63,627 nucleotides of DNA, filler included, from Octopus bimaculoides (GCF_001194135.2; 5 parts of 4 records of this genome joined end to end with filler, not necessarily neighbours in it), one strand, 5' to 3'. Shown: positions 35,958-47,977, counted from the whole stretch's first letter. The notes: a model not told the origin generated them from the letters alone. Program-made: numbers and translations.

Positions 35958-37383
35958 NNNNNNNNNNNNNNNNNNNNNNNNNNNNNNNNNNNNNNNNNNN
36001 NNNNNNNNNNNNNNNNNNNNNNNNNNNNNNNNNNNNNNNNNNNNNNNNNNNNNNNNNNNNNNNNNNNNNNNNNNNNNNNNNNNNNNNNNNNNNNNNNNNN
36101 NNNNNNNNNNNNNNNNNNNNNNNNNNNNNNNNNNNNNNNNNNNNNNNNNNNNNNNNNNNNNNNNNNNNNNNNNNNNNNNNNNNNNNNNNNNNNNNNNNNN
36201 NNNNNNNNNNNNNNNNNNNNNNNNNNNNNNNNNNNNNNNNNNNNNNNNNNNNNNNNNNNNNNNNNNNNNNNNNNNNNNNNNNNNNNNNNNNNNNNNNNNN
36301 NNNNNNNNNNNNNNNNNNNNNNNNNNNNNNNNNNNNNNNNNNNNNNNNNNNNNNNNNNNNNNNNNNNNNNNNNNNNNNNNNNNNNNNNNNNNNNNNNNNN
36401 NNNNNNNNNNNNNNNNNNNNNNNNNNNNNNNNNNNNNNNNNNNNNNNNNNNNNNNNNNNNNNNNNNNNNNNNNNNNNNNNNNNNNNNNNNNNNNNNNNNN
36501 NNNNNTGTACATGTTTGTTTACGTGCATGTATGATTTTATATGTGTGTGCATACATATATTTGCATGTATTTGTTTGAATGTGTATGACCTTGTATATGT
36601 GTGTATATATATATGCGTGTGTGTGTGTATATGTATGATATTGCATGCTTGTGTGGCATGTGCGTATGTATCATGTGTAGATTCAGATTCATGTATATTG
36701 GTATTTGTAAGTGTACGTGATTGTATATGCAAATACATGTTTGTATATATGCGTAAAAGTGTGTGTGTGGGTGTGTGTGTGTGTGTATGGATGATTGCAT
36801 CTAAGTTTGTGTGTGCATTTCTTTGTGTGTGTGTGCATGTATGTGCTTGTATACATATATGAATGGATGTTTATGAGTATGTGCATCGGGACACATGTAC
36901 ATTTGTTGCATATCATCATCATCATCACCACCATCATCACCACCATCGTCATCATCATGATCACCTTTATCATCATCATCATCATCATCATCATCACCAT
37001 CACCATCACCGTCATTTAACGTCTGCCTAAACCATGATGATGATAACATGCACGCACTCACTCCCAAATATACATAGGTGCAGATGCACATACTCAAATA
37101 CATTCATTCATCCATGCACGTGCACACACACACACACACACGTGTAATGCATTTGTGAATGTCAACCTGCATGCATGTATTGTGCATGCGTGCACTTCTG
37201 TTTGGCTGTTATGTGCATTTGTATACGTGCGTATGCATATGTTATCCAACGATGGAGTGGATTTCATTTCATTGCAAGAAAATTACCACGGTGACAGAGA
37301 GTGTGATAAAGGATGCTGTGACAGCAGAACACTTGGTGGGATTGGCGACAGAGGAGGTGGTGGTGGTCATGGGGAGATTAAGT

Positions 37384-37420
<37 letters not shown>

Positions 37421-37885
37421 GTTGGTGGGGTAGTGTGAAGGTTACTGAGTGATGTAAGAAAAAGGAGGAAAAGGGATTGCGAGAGGGGGGTGGGGTGGGG
37501 TGAGATAAGAAAAGAAACAGAGAGATGCAGAAAGAGTGAGAGCTTAAGGGTTTAGGAAAGTAGATGGTGGGGCTGTGAAGGTAGGATTTAGAAATNNNNN
37601 NNNNNNNNNNNNNNNNNNNNNNNNNNNNNNNNNNNNNNNNNNNNNNNNNNNNNNNNNNNNNNNNNNNNNNNNNNNNNNNNNNNNNNNNNNNNNNNNNNNN
37701 NNNNNNNNNNNNNNNNNNNNNNNNNNNNNNNNNNNNNNNNNNNNNNNNNNNNNNNNNNNNNNNNNNNNNNNNNNNNNNNNNNNNNNGGTGACTCAGAAAG
37801 ACAGATGATGTAAAAGAGAGAGAGGGAGAAGCGGAGGATTTAGAAAGACAGATTGTGAGATAAAGGAAGTTGCTACCAAGGATTT

Positions 37886-37919
<34 letters not shown>

Positions 37920-37952
37920 ACATGCGTGTGTGTGCGTTTGTGTGCACATGTG

Positions 37953-38003
<51 letters not shown>

Positions 38004-38118
38004 TCACAACTGCTATAACATTATAGTAAACTTAGCTGCAAGATAATCTTATAAGTGTGCCTTTGTGCGTCTTTAATAAATATATATTAAGCCATTCCAT
38101 GAAAGATGGGCACCTTTG

Positions 38119-38295
38119 TTAACCCTTTAGCATTTAAAATGGCCATATCCAGCCCCCAGATATCCTGCCTGTTTTATGTTGAGACTAGCTGCATCTAACC
38201 TCTCGCACATTACAGTGTCACACTAAAGACTGAACAATCACATCTTCAAAATCTCAAAGCTATGGGATAATGCATGATTAAGTCAAAACAATGTA
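38119..38295 (+). mobile_element. Possible TTAA-flanked MITE 5' part
   Basis: Begins TTAA|CCCTTTAGCATT (piggyBac-like end); other end not seen. Confidence 0.35.
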
Positions 38296-38579
38296 AGGCC
38301 TGGGGGGGGGGGTCTGAAAGGGGTTTCAGGGAGTAGCATCCCTGCCTGCCTGAGCAAGTTTTCCACCACATTTCTTAAAACTCATGATAGAGGCCTTGGT
38401 GTCGGGACCACTCATGTCTAGAAACTGAAGTTTGGAGTAAGCAAGGGTATGCTCCCCATAGAAAATCCAGCTCCAAAAAAGCCTCATGATAGCAAAGGAG
38501 AATGGGCACCAGCTAGCCCCAAAGGTTGGGATGGGCTGCACCTACCTACCTCAGTTGCTGTGGCATTGAGGTAGATCTG

Positions 38580-38763
38580 GCAAAGGCTGATACAGCTTGG
38601 CACCAGTGACATCACAACTCATTTCTACAGCTGAGTAAACTGGAACAACATGAAGTAAAGTATCTTGCTCAAGAACACAGCATGCAGCCCGGTCTGGGAA
38701 TCAAACTCACAACCTCACCATCATAAGTTCGATGCTCTAACCACTGAGCTATACACCTTCACT
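38580..38763 (-). mobile_element. SINE head type 2 (5' half)
   Basis: Matches 25085-25252. Confidence 0.8.
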
Positions 38764-39599
38764 TTGGCAGAATAGTGCAAATTATAAGTTATTATTTTCT
38801 CTGTTGACGACCATAAATGATCACTGATGAGGCAATTAGAAATACTGAAACTAGCCACTTTGATCTCAGTAGTGTTGTCATTAGGCCAGTGGTTAGAACA
38901 ACAGACGACAGGTAAAATATAGATGTAATTACTTCTCTCGCTCAAGAATTTCCCACCTGAAAACACTTGGAAAGAATACCAAGTTTAAAATCTTGTGCCA
39001 GCGGGACAACTAAGATTAAGAAAAGAATCTAAACATCAAATATCAAATAAAGTCTGCAGGGAAGAAACATTTTCTTAGAAATTTTTCTAACGACTGGTCA
39101 ATTATTCCAATGTACATCTTTATGAATATTTTACCAAAAGTCTGTTTAATTGAACAAAATGTTTTAGCAGTTGTTTACAAAACTCAGATTTCTTATCTCA
39201 GATCTTAACAAGATTGATCGAGCATTCAATAATAAATTGTAAATCAATTGTAAAATTAATAATAGCATACATAATTACATATTAATAATAACATACCCAA
39301 TTACTTACTCTGCATTTCTTATTATTTTCAGCTGCCTTGAGGCTAAACAAACATAACATCATTATCACCAGCATGCTTTACATTAATTTTTCTCTGTTAA
39401 CAAACACAATCTAATTCAGTCTGATGCATTTTCCGTATAATATATCTTCATGTTTGTTCTTTTTTTTTTCCTCTAAATGTTTTTAAAATTACATCTACCT
39501 TTAGTGGCTAATAAAGAAAGTAACCACCACCACCACCACCACCACCACTGACATCATCATCATCGTCATCATCATCATCATCCTAATCACCATCATCAT

Positions 39600-39835
39600 G
39601 ATTTTAACGTCCACTTCTCCACGCTTTCTTGGGTTGGACTGAGTCTATTGAGGTAGATTTTTCTGTGGCTGGATGTCCTTCCCGTCACTAAACCTCATCT
39701 GTTTCCAAGCAAGGTAATAGCTCCACATTGTTAGACAGGTTTTATGTAGAAGACTTGAAATGAAGAATGACACTGCTTGTATGACAGGGACATTCTTTTA
39801 CAACTATATGTGATGTCAAGAGAAGGAAACACAAA
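39600..39835 (-). mobile_element. Old repeat with RTE-like tail; related piece at 30830-31170
   Basis: TTTAACGTCCAC..GGATGTCCTTCC..GACACTGCTTGTAT.ACAG shared. Confidence 0.5.
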
Positions 39836-39879
39836 CATAACATGCACACATACACATATATACCTATATACATACATAC

Positions 39880-39964
<85 letters not shown>

Positions 39965-40254
39965 TACACACATGATGATGATGATGGTGGTGGTGGTAAT
40001 GAGAAAAATTGTAGAGGGCACACTAATTGACTTTTTGCAGGCACTTTTTGGAATGGTGTAATTGATGTAATTAATGCTGTAGGACTGAATTTTAGTAGAC
40101 AATATTGAATGTGGGTGAATGTGTATGTGTGTGTGTGTATGTGTGCACATGCACCTAAGGACATACTTATGAGTACATGTGTTTGTCTGCATATGTATGG
40201 AAGAAAACACTTGAACACATCTGAAAGAGGTAGAACGAAAGAAAACCCACAAAA

Positions 40255-40298
<44 letters not shown>

Positions 40299-40571
40299 AC
40301 ACGCACAATTTCCAATTTGTCTGAGAGTAAAATTATAAATTGTATGAGAGAGTTTAGTGGCTTTGTTCCAAGATAACGAAGCTCATTCAAAGTTAATAAA
40401 GAAAACATTATCCCCATTGTTCCGATTCAAATGAAGGGATTGATAACACATTATTGAATGTGTTCTGTTCTTCATTGCACCAATATATATTCGAGAGAGG
40501 TGTTTTTATATTAAGTTACAACATTTGAAGACAAAAGTAGATTGTTGCCATCATTATTATTATTATTATAT

Positions 40572-41360
40572 TAAGGCACTGAGTTGTCAGAATTGTTAGC
40601 ATACTGGACAAAGTACTTGGTGGCATTTTGTTCACCTTAATATTCTGGGTTCAAATTCCACCAAGGTCGACTTTACCTTTCATCTTTTAGGGTCGGTAAG
40701 GTAAGTACCAGTTGAGTACTGGGGTCGATGTAATTGCATCAGAGCAGCAGAACCATTTGTATGCCAGGCAAAATGCTTATCAACATTTAATCTATTTTCA
40801 CATTCTGGGTTCAAATTCCACCAAGGTCAACTTTACCTTTCGTTCTATCAGGGTCGATAAAAGAAGCACTTGTCGAGCACTGTGATTGAAGTCATCGATT
40901 AGCACAATCCCACCAAATTTTAGGCCTTGTGCCTTAGTAGAAAGGATTATTATTATTATTATCATACTAAGGCAGCGAGTTTTCAGAATTTTTAGCTAAC
41001 TGAACGAAATACCTAGCAGCATTTCGTCCATCATAACATTTTGAGTTCAAATTCCACCGAGGTTGACATTGCCTTTCATCCTTTCAGGATTCATAAAATA
41101 AGTACCAGTTGAGTACTGGGGTCAATGCAATAAGCCTACTTACTTCCCTGAAATTGTTGACCTCATACCAAAATTTAAAATTATTATTATTATTATTATT
41201 ATTATTATACTAAAGCAGTGAGCTGGCAGAATGGTTAGCACATTGGACAAAATGCTTAATGGCATTTTTCTGGCTTTTTACATTCTGAGTTCAAATGTCA
41301 CTGAGGTAGACTTTAATGAGCATATCTCTGGGGTTGATAAAATGGAACTGTAATGCGGGG
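40572..41360 (+). mobile_element. Head-to-tail cluster of four SINE head-type-4 copies
   Basis: Copies start near 40572, 40740, 40968 and 41210; each has GGTTCAAATTCC or GAGTTCAAAT B-box-like motif. Confidence 0.85.
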
Positions 41361-41760
41361 AAACAAAAACAATTTGCCTACCTTCTCATCATTTTGCTGT
41401 CCAGCTGTACTTACTCCAAAACTCACACCAAGCCCCTACACCTATCGATGGCAGCTGCTAGTACCTGTTCCTACCAGCTCATTCCCCTCATGTTGACTTG
41501 TCTTGAGCACTCACGGCAAAAGAAGATGACCCCTGGTCTTCCTTCCCTCACTTACTCTCTCACCCTTCCTGTTCCGGTCAAGCCCTTTGACTGTTGACAT
41601 CACAACCCTTTCCTTCCGGCTCATCTCATCCCCATATAAAGTAAGTACCAGTTGAGTACCGGAATTGAGCCTTATGCATAATTTAGATAGTATTAATATT
41701 ATTATTGCTGATTGTAATTTTTGAGAGCATGTCTTGGCTTTGACCATTCTATAGTATATA

Positions 41761-41887
41761 CAGGGTGTCCACAAAGTCTGGGTACATGGGGATTAACACA
41801 TACTTTAAGAAATTATTATTTTTTATATTTAATTGTTTATGTTATGATTTTATTTACTCCATGTACCCAGACTTTGTGGACACCCTG
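41761..41887. mobile_element. 127-bp Tc1/mariner MITE with perfect 29-bp TIRs and TA TSD
   Basis: CAGGGTGTCCACAAAGTCTGGGTACATGG (41761-41789) and its exact reverse complement (41859-41887); TA on both sides. Confidence 0.95.
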
Positions 41888-41934
41888 TAAATATTTCTAT
41901 GTGCATGTGAGTGTGCACAAACACACATACACAT

Positions 41935-42150
41935 ATATACAATGGGCTTCCACACAATTTCCATCTACCAAATTCACTCACAAGGTATCAGCCACTTTGA
42001 GGTTGACCAACACCTTGTGAGAAAATTTGGTAGATGGCAACTATTGCCTGACCAATACTGAGGCTATAGTAGAAGACACATTGCTGTGCAATGGGACTGA
42101 ACCCAAAACCACATGGTCGCAGAGCAAGCTTGTTAACCACATAGCCATGC
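41935..42150 (-). mobile_element. SINE head type 3 fragments
   Basis: Degenerate reverse complement of 33171-33330, with a partial inverted duplication near 42010-42045. Confidence 0.6.
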
Positions 42151-42159
42151 ATACTGTAA

Positions 42160-42425
42160 ATCATAGGCATAACAGACCAGTGATAACGATCAGAGATGGA
42201 GAAAAGGAAGAAGAAATGCTTGCTGTTGTAGTAATCAGTTGTTCTATAGACATTACCATAATATTTAAAGAAAACAGAAACCATCTCCGCTGGACTAATG
42301 AGAAATCTGCAAATGATACACCTGAATTATGACTTAACATCAACACCTGTGATTATTGGAGTACTTGTTAACATCAGCGCCAGTCTTGAGAAACTGGGGT
42401 TCACTAAACCAGAAAATATTTGACT
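42160..42425 (+). pseudogene. Restriction-like endonuclease C-terminal relic of an RLE-type non-LTR retrotransposon
   Basis: RHNRPVITIRDGEKEEEMLAVVVISCS.D..I..KE, then LMRNLQMIHLNYDLTSTPVIIGVL...LEKLG (PD..D and PVIIGALG-like motifs). Confidence 0.65.
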
Positions 42426-42773
42426 AATTAAGAAACTACGATAAGAAACCATTAGTAGAATGTTGATAATATGCAGAAGAATATATGAAGTTTGGGGGTG
42501 TAACAGGTAGACATACATGCATACAGTTGTATAAATATATGTCTGTGGTGTATATGAAGAGAAGTCAAAATATACAGATAAACACATGCAATGATATACA
42601 CAAATGGTACATACAGACATATGTAATTACAGACATACAATGAAACCTAGTTGGTATATAAATTCCAGTGAAAGAGCCTAGCTTTTGGATTACAAATTGG
42701 CTTTTTCTGCATCAGTGAGGAATTTAAAAAAATAAAGCAAAAGAATACACACAGATATGTACAGAGGAATGAG

Positions 42774-42810
<37 letters not shown>

Positions 42811-42854
42811 CATTTGTTTTATTATCCATTATATATATATATAGACAGACAGAT

Positions 42855-42885
<31 letters not shown>

Positions 42886-43279
42886 GAGAGAGAGTGAGAG
42901 TGAGAGAGAGAGAGAGAGAGAGAGATACATACATATACATTGTATGTATGCACATACTTACTGACCTCATATATAAAGAAATGATTCTATGTATTTTCAT
43001 TCACTAACCTTTTAGTTAACATTACACTAAATATTTCTCTGCATTCTGTAATGAAACCAACTGGGAAGAGATATCAAACACAGCTCTTGCTGTGTTTTGT
43101 TTGTGTATGTAATATATTCTAGGCATTAACATATGCCAAACACAAACACAGGCAAAAAAGATAAACAAAACACTGCAAATCTCAAATATTTAATCTCTAA
43201 ACATTTCTATTTTCTGATGCGAATGAATATTATAATCATGTCTATTTACTAAATGATTCTTTCATTACTTCTTCGGCAG

Positions 43280-43359
43280 GTACGTTCAAGGCTATGCTTT
43301 GCTGATTGGTGATTAAACAATTCAGAGACGCCATCCGCACCGCAGAAAAAACACAATAG
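43280..43359 (+). other. Candidate 80-nt non-coding exon
   Basis: TACTAAA branch-like site 43247-43253, pyrimidine tract, CAG acceptor, AG|GTAAGT donor; stops in all three frames. Confidence 0.45.
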
Positions 43360-43518
43360 GTAAGTAAGTGTAAACATACGTTAAGGAATAAATAATTCCA
43401 ATGCCATATGCTTGGGAAATGGTAAGCAGGCTAATGTTAAAGTATTCAATGCAAGAAGCATTGCGGTGAGTGAAAAAAAAAAATCAGAACTGCAGTGAGT
43501 AAAAAAACAAAAACAAAA

Positions 43519-43911
43519 ATGTGGCTGTGAGGTAAGAAGCTTGTTTGGCAACCACATGGTTTCAGATTCAGTTCTAATGTAAAATCTGAGTTTCTTCTGC
43601 AAGGTTGCATAATAAAGGTAATTGCCTGTGCCACTTGATTGACTCCTGTGCCATTGGCACGTAAAAAGCACCATTCAGGCATGGTCGATGCCAGTACCAT
43701 CTGACTGGCCCTCGTGCTGGTGGCACGTAAAAAGCACCCACTACACTCTCAGAGTGGTTGGCGTTAGGAAGGGCATCCAGCTGTAGAAACCTTGCCAGAT
43801 CAGATTGGAGTCTGGTCAGCCTTTTGGCTTGCCAGTCCTCAATCAAATCATCCAACCCATGCCAGCATGGAAAGCTGACATTAAACGATGATGATGTTGA
43901 TGATGATGATG
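43519..43911 (+). mobile_element. SINE head type 3 + RTE-like tail ending (GAT)n
   Basis: tRNA-like head, two GGCACGTAAAAAGCACC subrepeats, GGCGTTAGGAAGGGCATCCAGC tail. Confidence 0.85.
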
Positions 43912-44421
43912 AAATATACTACCAATGCAAATTAAGGAAGCAAATCCTTTATATTTGCCGTAAATGTAGGGAGAGGGTACTAAATATGACCCATTTATGA
44001 AAGAATGCGAGGGGGGGAGCATAAAACCTGAGCCCCTTTGCCCCACTGAAGATTTATCATTCAACTTCTTCAAGCAAGTGGTTACATGAAATGTATTTGG
44101 AAAGGTGGAGAGAGAGTTCTGGATTTGAAAATGGGGGGAAAATAAAAACTGCAATTTAAAAAAAAAAAATTTCGTATCTACCATTCTATAAAAGAACTGT
44201 TTGGTGTAAGAAACTGCTGATTCACGAACTTCATTCTGGAAAGTTCTTCTCAAAATACCACCAAAAAAGCATAGAAAAGCAAAACTAAGTAAAAAGGAAG
44301 AAGTAATTCACTCACCTAAAAAAAGAAAAGAAAAGAAAAGAAACAATTTAGACTTTCATTAATGTGTATATCTGTGTCATATATATGTTTGTGTGAGTTT
44401 ATAAATGCATACATACATTAT

Positions 44422-44458
<37 letters not shown>

Positions 44459-44499
44459 GTTGGAATTTTCAGAAAAACAAAACAAAAGATGAAAACGGG

Positions 44500-44630
44500 T
44501 GTGTAAACAACAACCAGATGTATTAGTTTAATACTCGGGAAGTGAGAAATTCTTTTACGTTTCGAGCCTACACTCTTCAACAAAAAGGAACACAGAAATA
44601 AACAGGGAGAGAAAATAAAAAAGGTTTAGT
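44500..44630 (-). mobile_element. Short repeat with minimal hammerhead-like core
   Basis: CCTTT-TTGTTGA-A-GAGT-GTAG-GCTC-GAAA-CG-TA-AAAGA. Confidence 0.6.
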
Positions 44631-44639
44631 GGCTAAGTA

Positions 44640-45020
44640 CCATTCATGTGTGGGTCCTTGCCAGTGCTGTCTGACTGGCTACCCGTGCTGGTGACACGTA
44701 AAAAGTGCCATCTGAACATGGTCGATGCCAGCCACCCCAGCCCCGACTGGCTCTTGTGCCGGTAGCATGTAAAAAGCACCATCCAAACGTGGCCAATGCC
44801 AATGCTGCCTGACAGGCTCCTGTGCCAGTGGCACATAAAAAGCACCTGCCACACTCGGAGTGGTTGGCATTAGGAAGGGCATCCAGCTGTAGAAACACTG
44901 CCAGATCAGATCAGAGCCTGGCGTGGCCTCTTGGTTTGCCAGTCCCCAGTCAAACCATCCAACCCATGCTAGCATGGAAAACAGACATTAAACGATGATG
45001 ATGAAGTGATGGTGATGATG
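44640..45020 (+). mobile_element. 5'-truncated SINE with RTE-like tail (three internal subrepeats)
   Basis: Same tail as 43740-43911. Confidence 0.85.
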
Positions 45021-45065
<45 letters not shown>

Positions 45066-45961
45066 TGGCATAGTTAATCTCAATGGGATTTGAACTCAAA
45101 ACATTGTAGTGGTAGTAGCAATAGTGGTTGTGGTAGTAGTAGTGGAGTGATGGTCATGGTGGTGGTAGCAGTAGTTGTAATAGTGGTGGTGGTAATAATA
45201 CTACTAGCAAGTGAAAACTTTAAACAAACTGTTCTATTGCTTCATCTTTTGTTTTATTTAGTAATATATTACTTTATTTATTTTATTAATTTATTTTTGG
45301 TTTTGTTTGATTTCACTTTTGGTTTCTTTCCATTGTATTTTGGTTATTGTGTGATACAGGAATCAGATACTTGATTCCAACATTGTTGATCATAGATTTA
45401 ATTGATCCTCAGGGTAAATATCTTATCAGAAATGTCAAGCATGTTTTCGTTTCCCAGCCGCATTTTTGAAAATATCGATTCAGACAGACAGTCAGACTGA
45501 GAGACTGCAAGACTGCAAGACAGCAGGACAGCTGCTATTACTTTTCGATGCACGACTTTAGTTCAAACCGAACATGATTATGAATCAACCGCTAGGATTT
45601 CTTCAATGCTAATCTGATTTGACATTATAAACTCCAACAAGAGACAGAAAAGAGCAACACGTACACCTATGTAATTTGAACTACATACTTTTCACTTGTC
45701 AGGCAAACATGTCACCAATTATCTGACAGGGCGCCTGCCATTCTATCTCCTTCAATTACATACTAGAATTTGCTTCTGCTGTTTCCACTGAATTGTTTAA
45801 TCTCCTATCGGTCACTTAGTGCTAGCATAACACGTTATTCCAGAAATGTCCGACATAACAAGGTGTCCCATTTTGGTTCTATGTTTACAATTAGAAATAC
45901 ACCCAAGAACCAATTACAAACTAACTGCCAAAATTCTTTATTCTAAAACTGGTGCACTCTG

Positions 45962-46262
45962 TTCGTCACGAGGATGAGGGTTCCAGATGATTCGGTCACT
46001 GGAACAGCCTGCTTGGGAAATTCATGTGCAAGCGGCAGAGCACCCTACAACACATGTACCCTAAACATAGTTCTCAGGGAGGTTCAGCATGATACAGAAT
46101 GTGACAAAGCTGATCCTTTTAATTACAGGTACAACTCATTTTTGCCAGTTGATTAGACTGGAGCAACAGGTAATAAAGTGTCTTCCTCAAGGATACAACG
46201 TATGGCTGGGCACCAAACATGTGACCTTATGATTGTCAGCCAAATAACTTAACTACTTGGTT
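45962..46262 (-). mobile_element. Old SINE head type 2 + tail X
   Basis: Degenerate match to 27293-27575. Confidence 0.75.
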
Positions 46263-46290
46263 ACATTCTATTTATCTATGTGCCTTTTTA

Positions 46291-46522
46291 AAGCTTAGCC
46301 AGGCTCATGGGCCCGGTTTCCCGGTTTCTATGGCGTATATGTTCTCCCCACCAGCTGGACGGGATGCTAGTCCATCGCAGCGTTACTCAAGAAACAGGAA
46401 GAAAGAGTGAGAGAAAGTTAAGGCAAAAGAGTACAACAGGGGTTGCCACCACTCCCTGCCGGAGCCTCGTGGAGCTTTAGGTGTTTTCGCTCAATAAACA
46501 TAAACAAACACAACGTCCAGTC
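46291..46522 (-). mobile_element. SINE head-type-1 body with tail Z (head missing)
   Basis: 46390-46522 matches 2850-2970; tail reads CTGCGATGGACTAGCATCCCGTCCAG..AGAAACCGGG on the reverse strand. Confidence 0.8.
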
Positions 46523-46905
46523 GTGGCAGTCAGACAATTTCTGCAATCACATCACCCCTAACATCTGGCCACCTAACTCCACAGACTGCAATCTCCTTGA
46601 TCATTATGTGTAAGATACAGCTGAGCGAGAGACCAACAAATCTCTTTATAACACCAAAGATGAACTGAAGGTAAGGATTATGGCAGCATCCACCAGCTTA
46701 AACAAGGAGACTGTCCAGAAGAGTTGCAGGAGATTCCAAAGTCGACTGGAGGCCAAGGTTGAAGCCAATGGCGACTCTATTGAGTAAATTTACTCTTCAG
46801 TATTTCAAGATATTTTTATGTAATTTTGGTAAATATATCTGTTAATATGAGAGATGTCAGTGTTAATTTCATTTGTGCATAATTTAGATGACAATACATT
46901 CACTG
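46515..46905 (+). mobile_element. Tc1/mariner (DD37D/maT-like) 3' fragment
   Basis: WPPNSTDCNLLDHYV (WPP.SPD.NPLD..VW motif) ..CRRFQSRLEAKVEANGDSIE*; ends CACTG|TA. Confidence 0.8.
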
Positions 46906-47034
46906 TATACATATATATTTATATAAAATGTATATTATATACATATATTTTATATATATATTAGTTTTCCTAAAAATATATATATATCATATGTATATTA
47001 CACGCATATATTATATATACCATGAGTATATAAT

Positions 47035-47200
47035 ACACAAGCTGTCTCTTGCCTGTGAGGAGTTTGAGAAACCTTTCCATCTTATCTCCTGCACACAGCA
47101 CACATTCACTTGTCTCTACTCAAGCAGCTTCACAATCTCACCAGAACTATCTTCTGCCATACCTACATTTATAGCTACTGCTCTAAGGTTTTGGAACCTA
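47035..47200 (-). pseudogene. RTE LINE apurinic endonuclease N-terminal relic
   Basis: NVGMAEDSSGEIVKLLE*RQVNVCCVQEIRWKG. Confidence 0.7.
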
Positions 47201-47939
47201 TAGGAAGAAGGAGCGTGTCTTCAGTGGTAAAACTGCTTGGTTTTTTGTGGGGTTCACTACTATCTTATGGCATCTGTACATAGATATGTATATATGTATG
47301 AAGAATAAAATATATAGAAAGCAATAAATTTGAGAAGGCGCCACCAATTTTCTCTGATCTTTCCAAATGACATTTTGAATATTGCTCAGAATTCAATTTG
47401 GCATTTTATTTCTGACAATCAACTTTCAATGTCATCATTTGTATTGTCTCATCTATTTATTTACCATTTTTATTTTCTTTGAATTCTACGTATATCTACC
47501 TTTCGCCTTGAATTTCCTTCCACCCCACTCACTTTCTATTTATATCTTCTTTACCTTAAGTATCTTTCTTTTGCTTTATTGCTCTTTGTGTTCATGAAGT
47601 TGTCTATATTTCTTCCTCTTGTTCTGACTCTCTGTCAGTCTCTCCATGAACAATGCATCTGTGTATCTACCCATTTCTATCCAAGCATCTGAATATTTGG
47701 CCTACTCTAAGTATCTGTTTATCAACCTACATATTTACATACCTATCCACCTCTCTTTCTATGTGTGTGTATACAGACACACATATTCTTGTTAACTTTA
47801 TCTACCAATTTATCTAACTGTATAACTATGTTCCCCAGGTAGTCACACACTTGTCTGTGCATTTCCTGTCTACTTCACAACCACTTTTACATTTCTCTAT
47901 GTATGTATTTAGCCAGCTATCAATACATATATACACACA

Positions 47940-47941
47940 CA

Positions 47942-47977
<36 letters not shown>

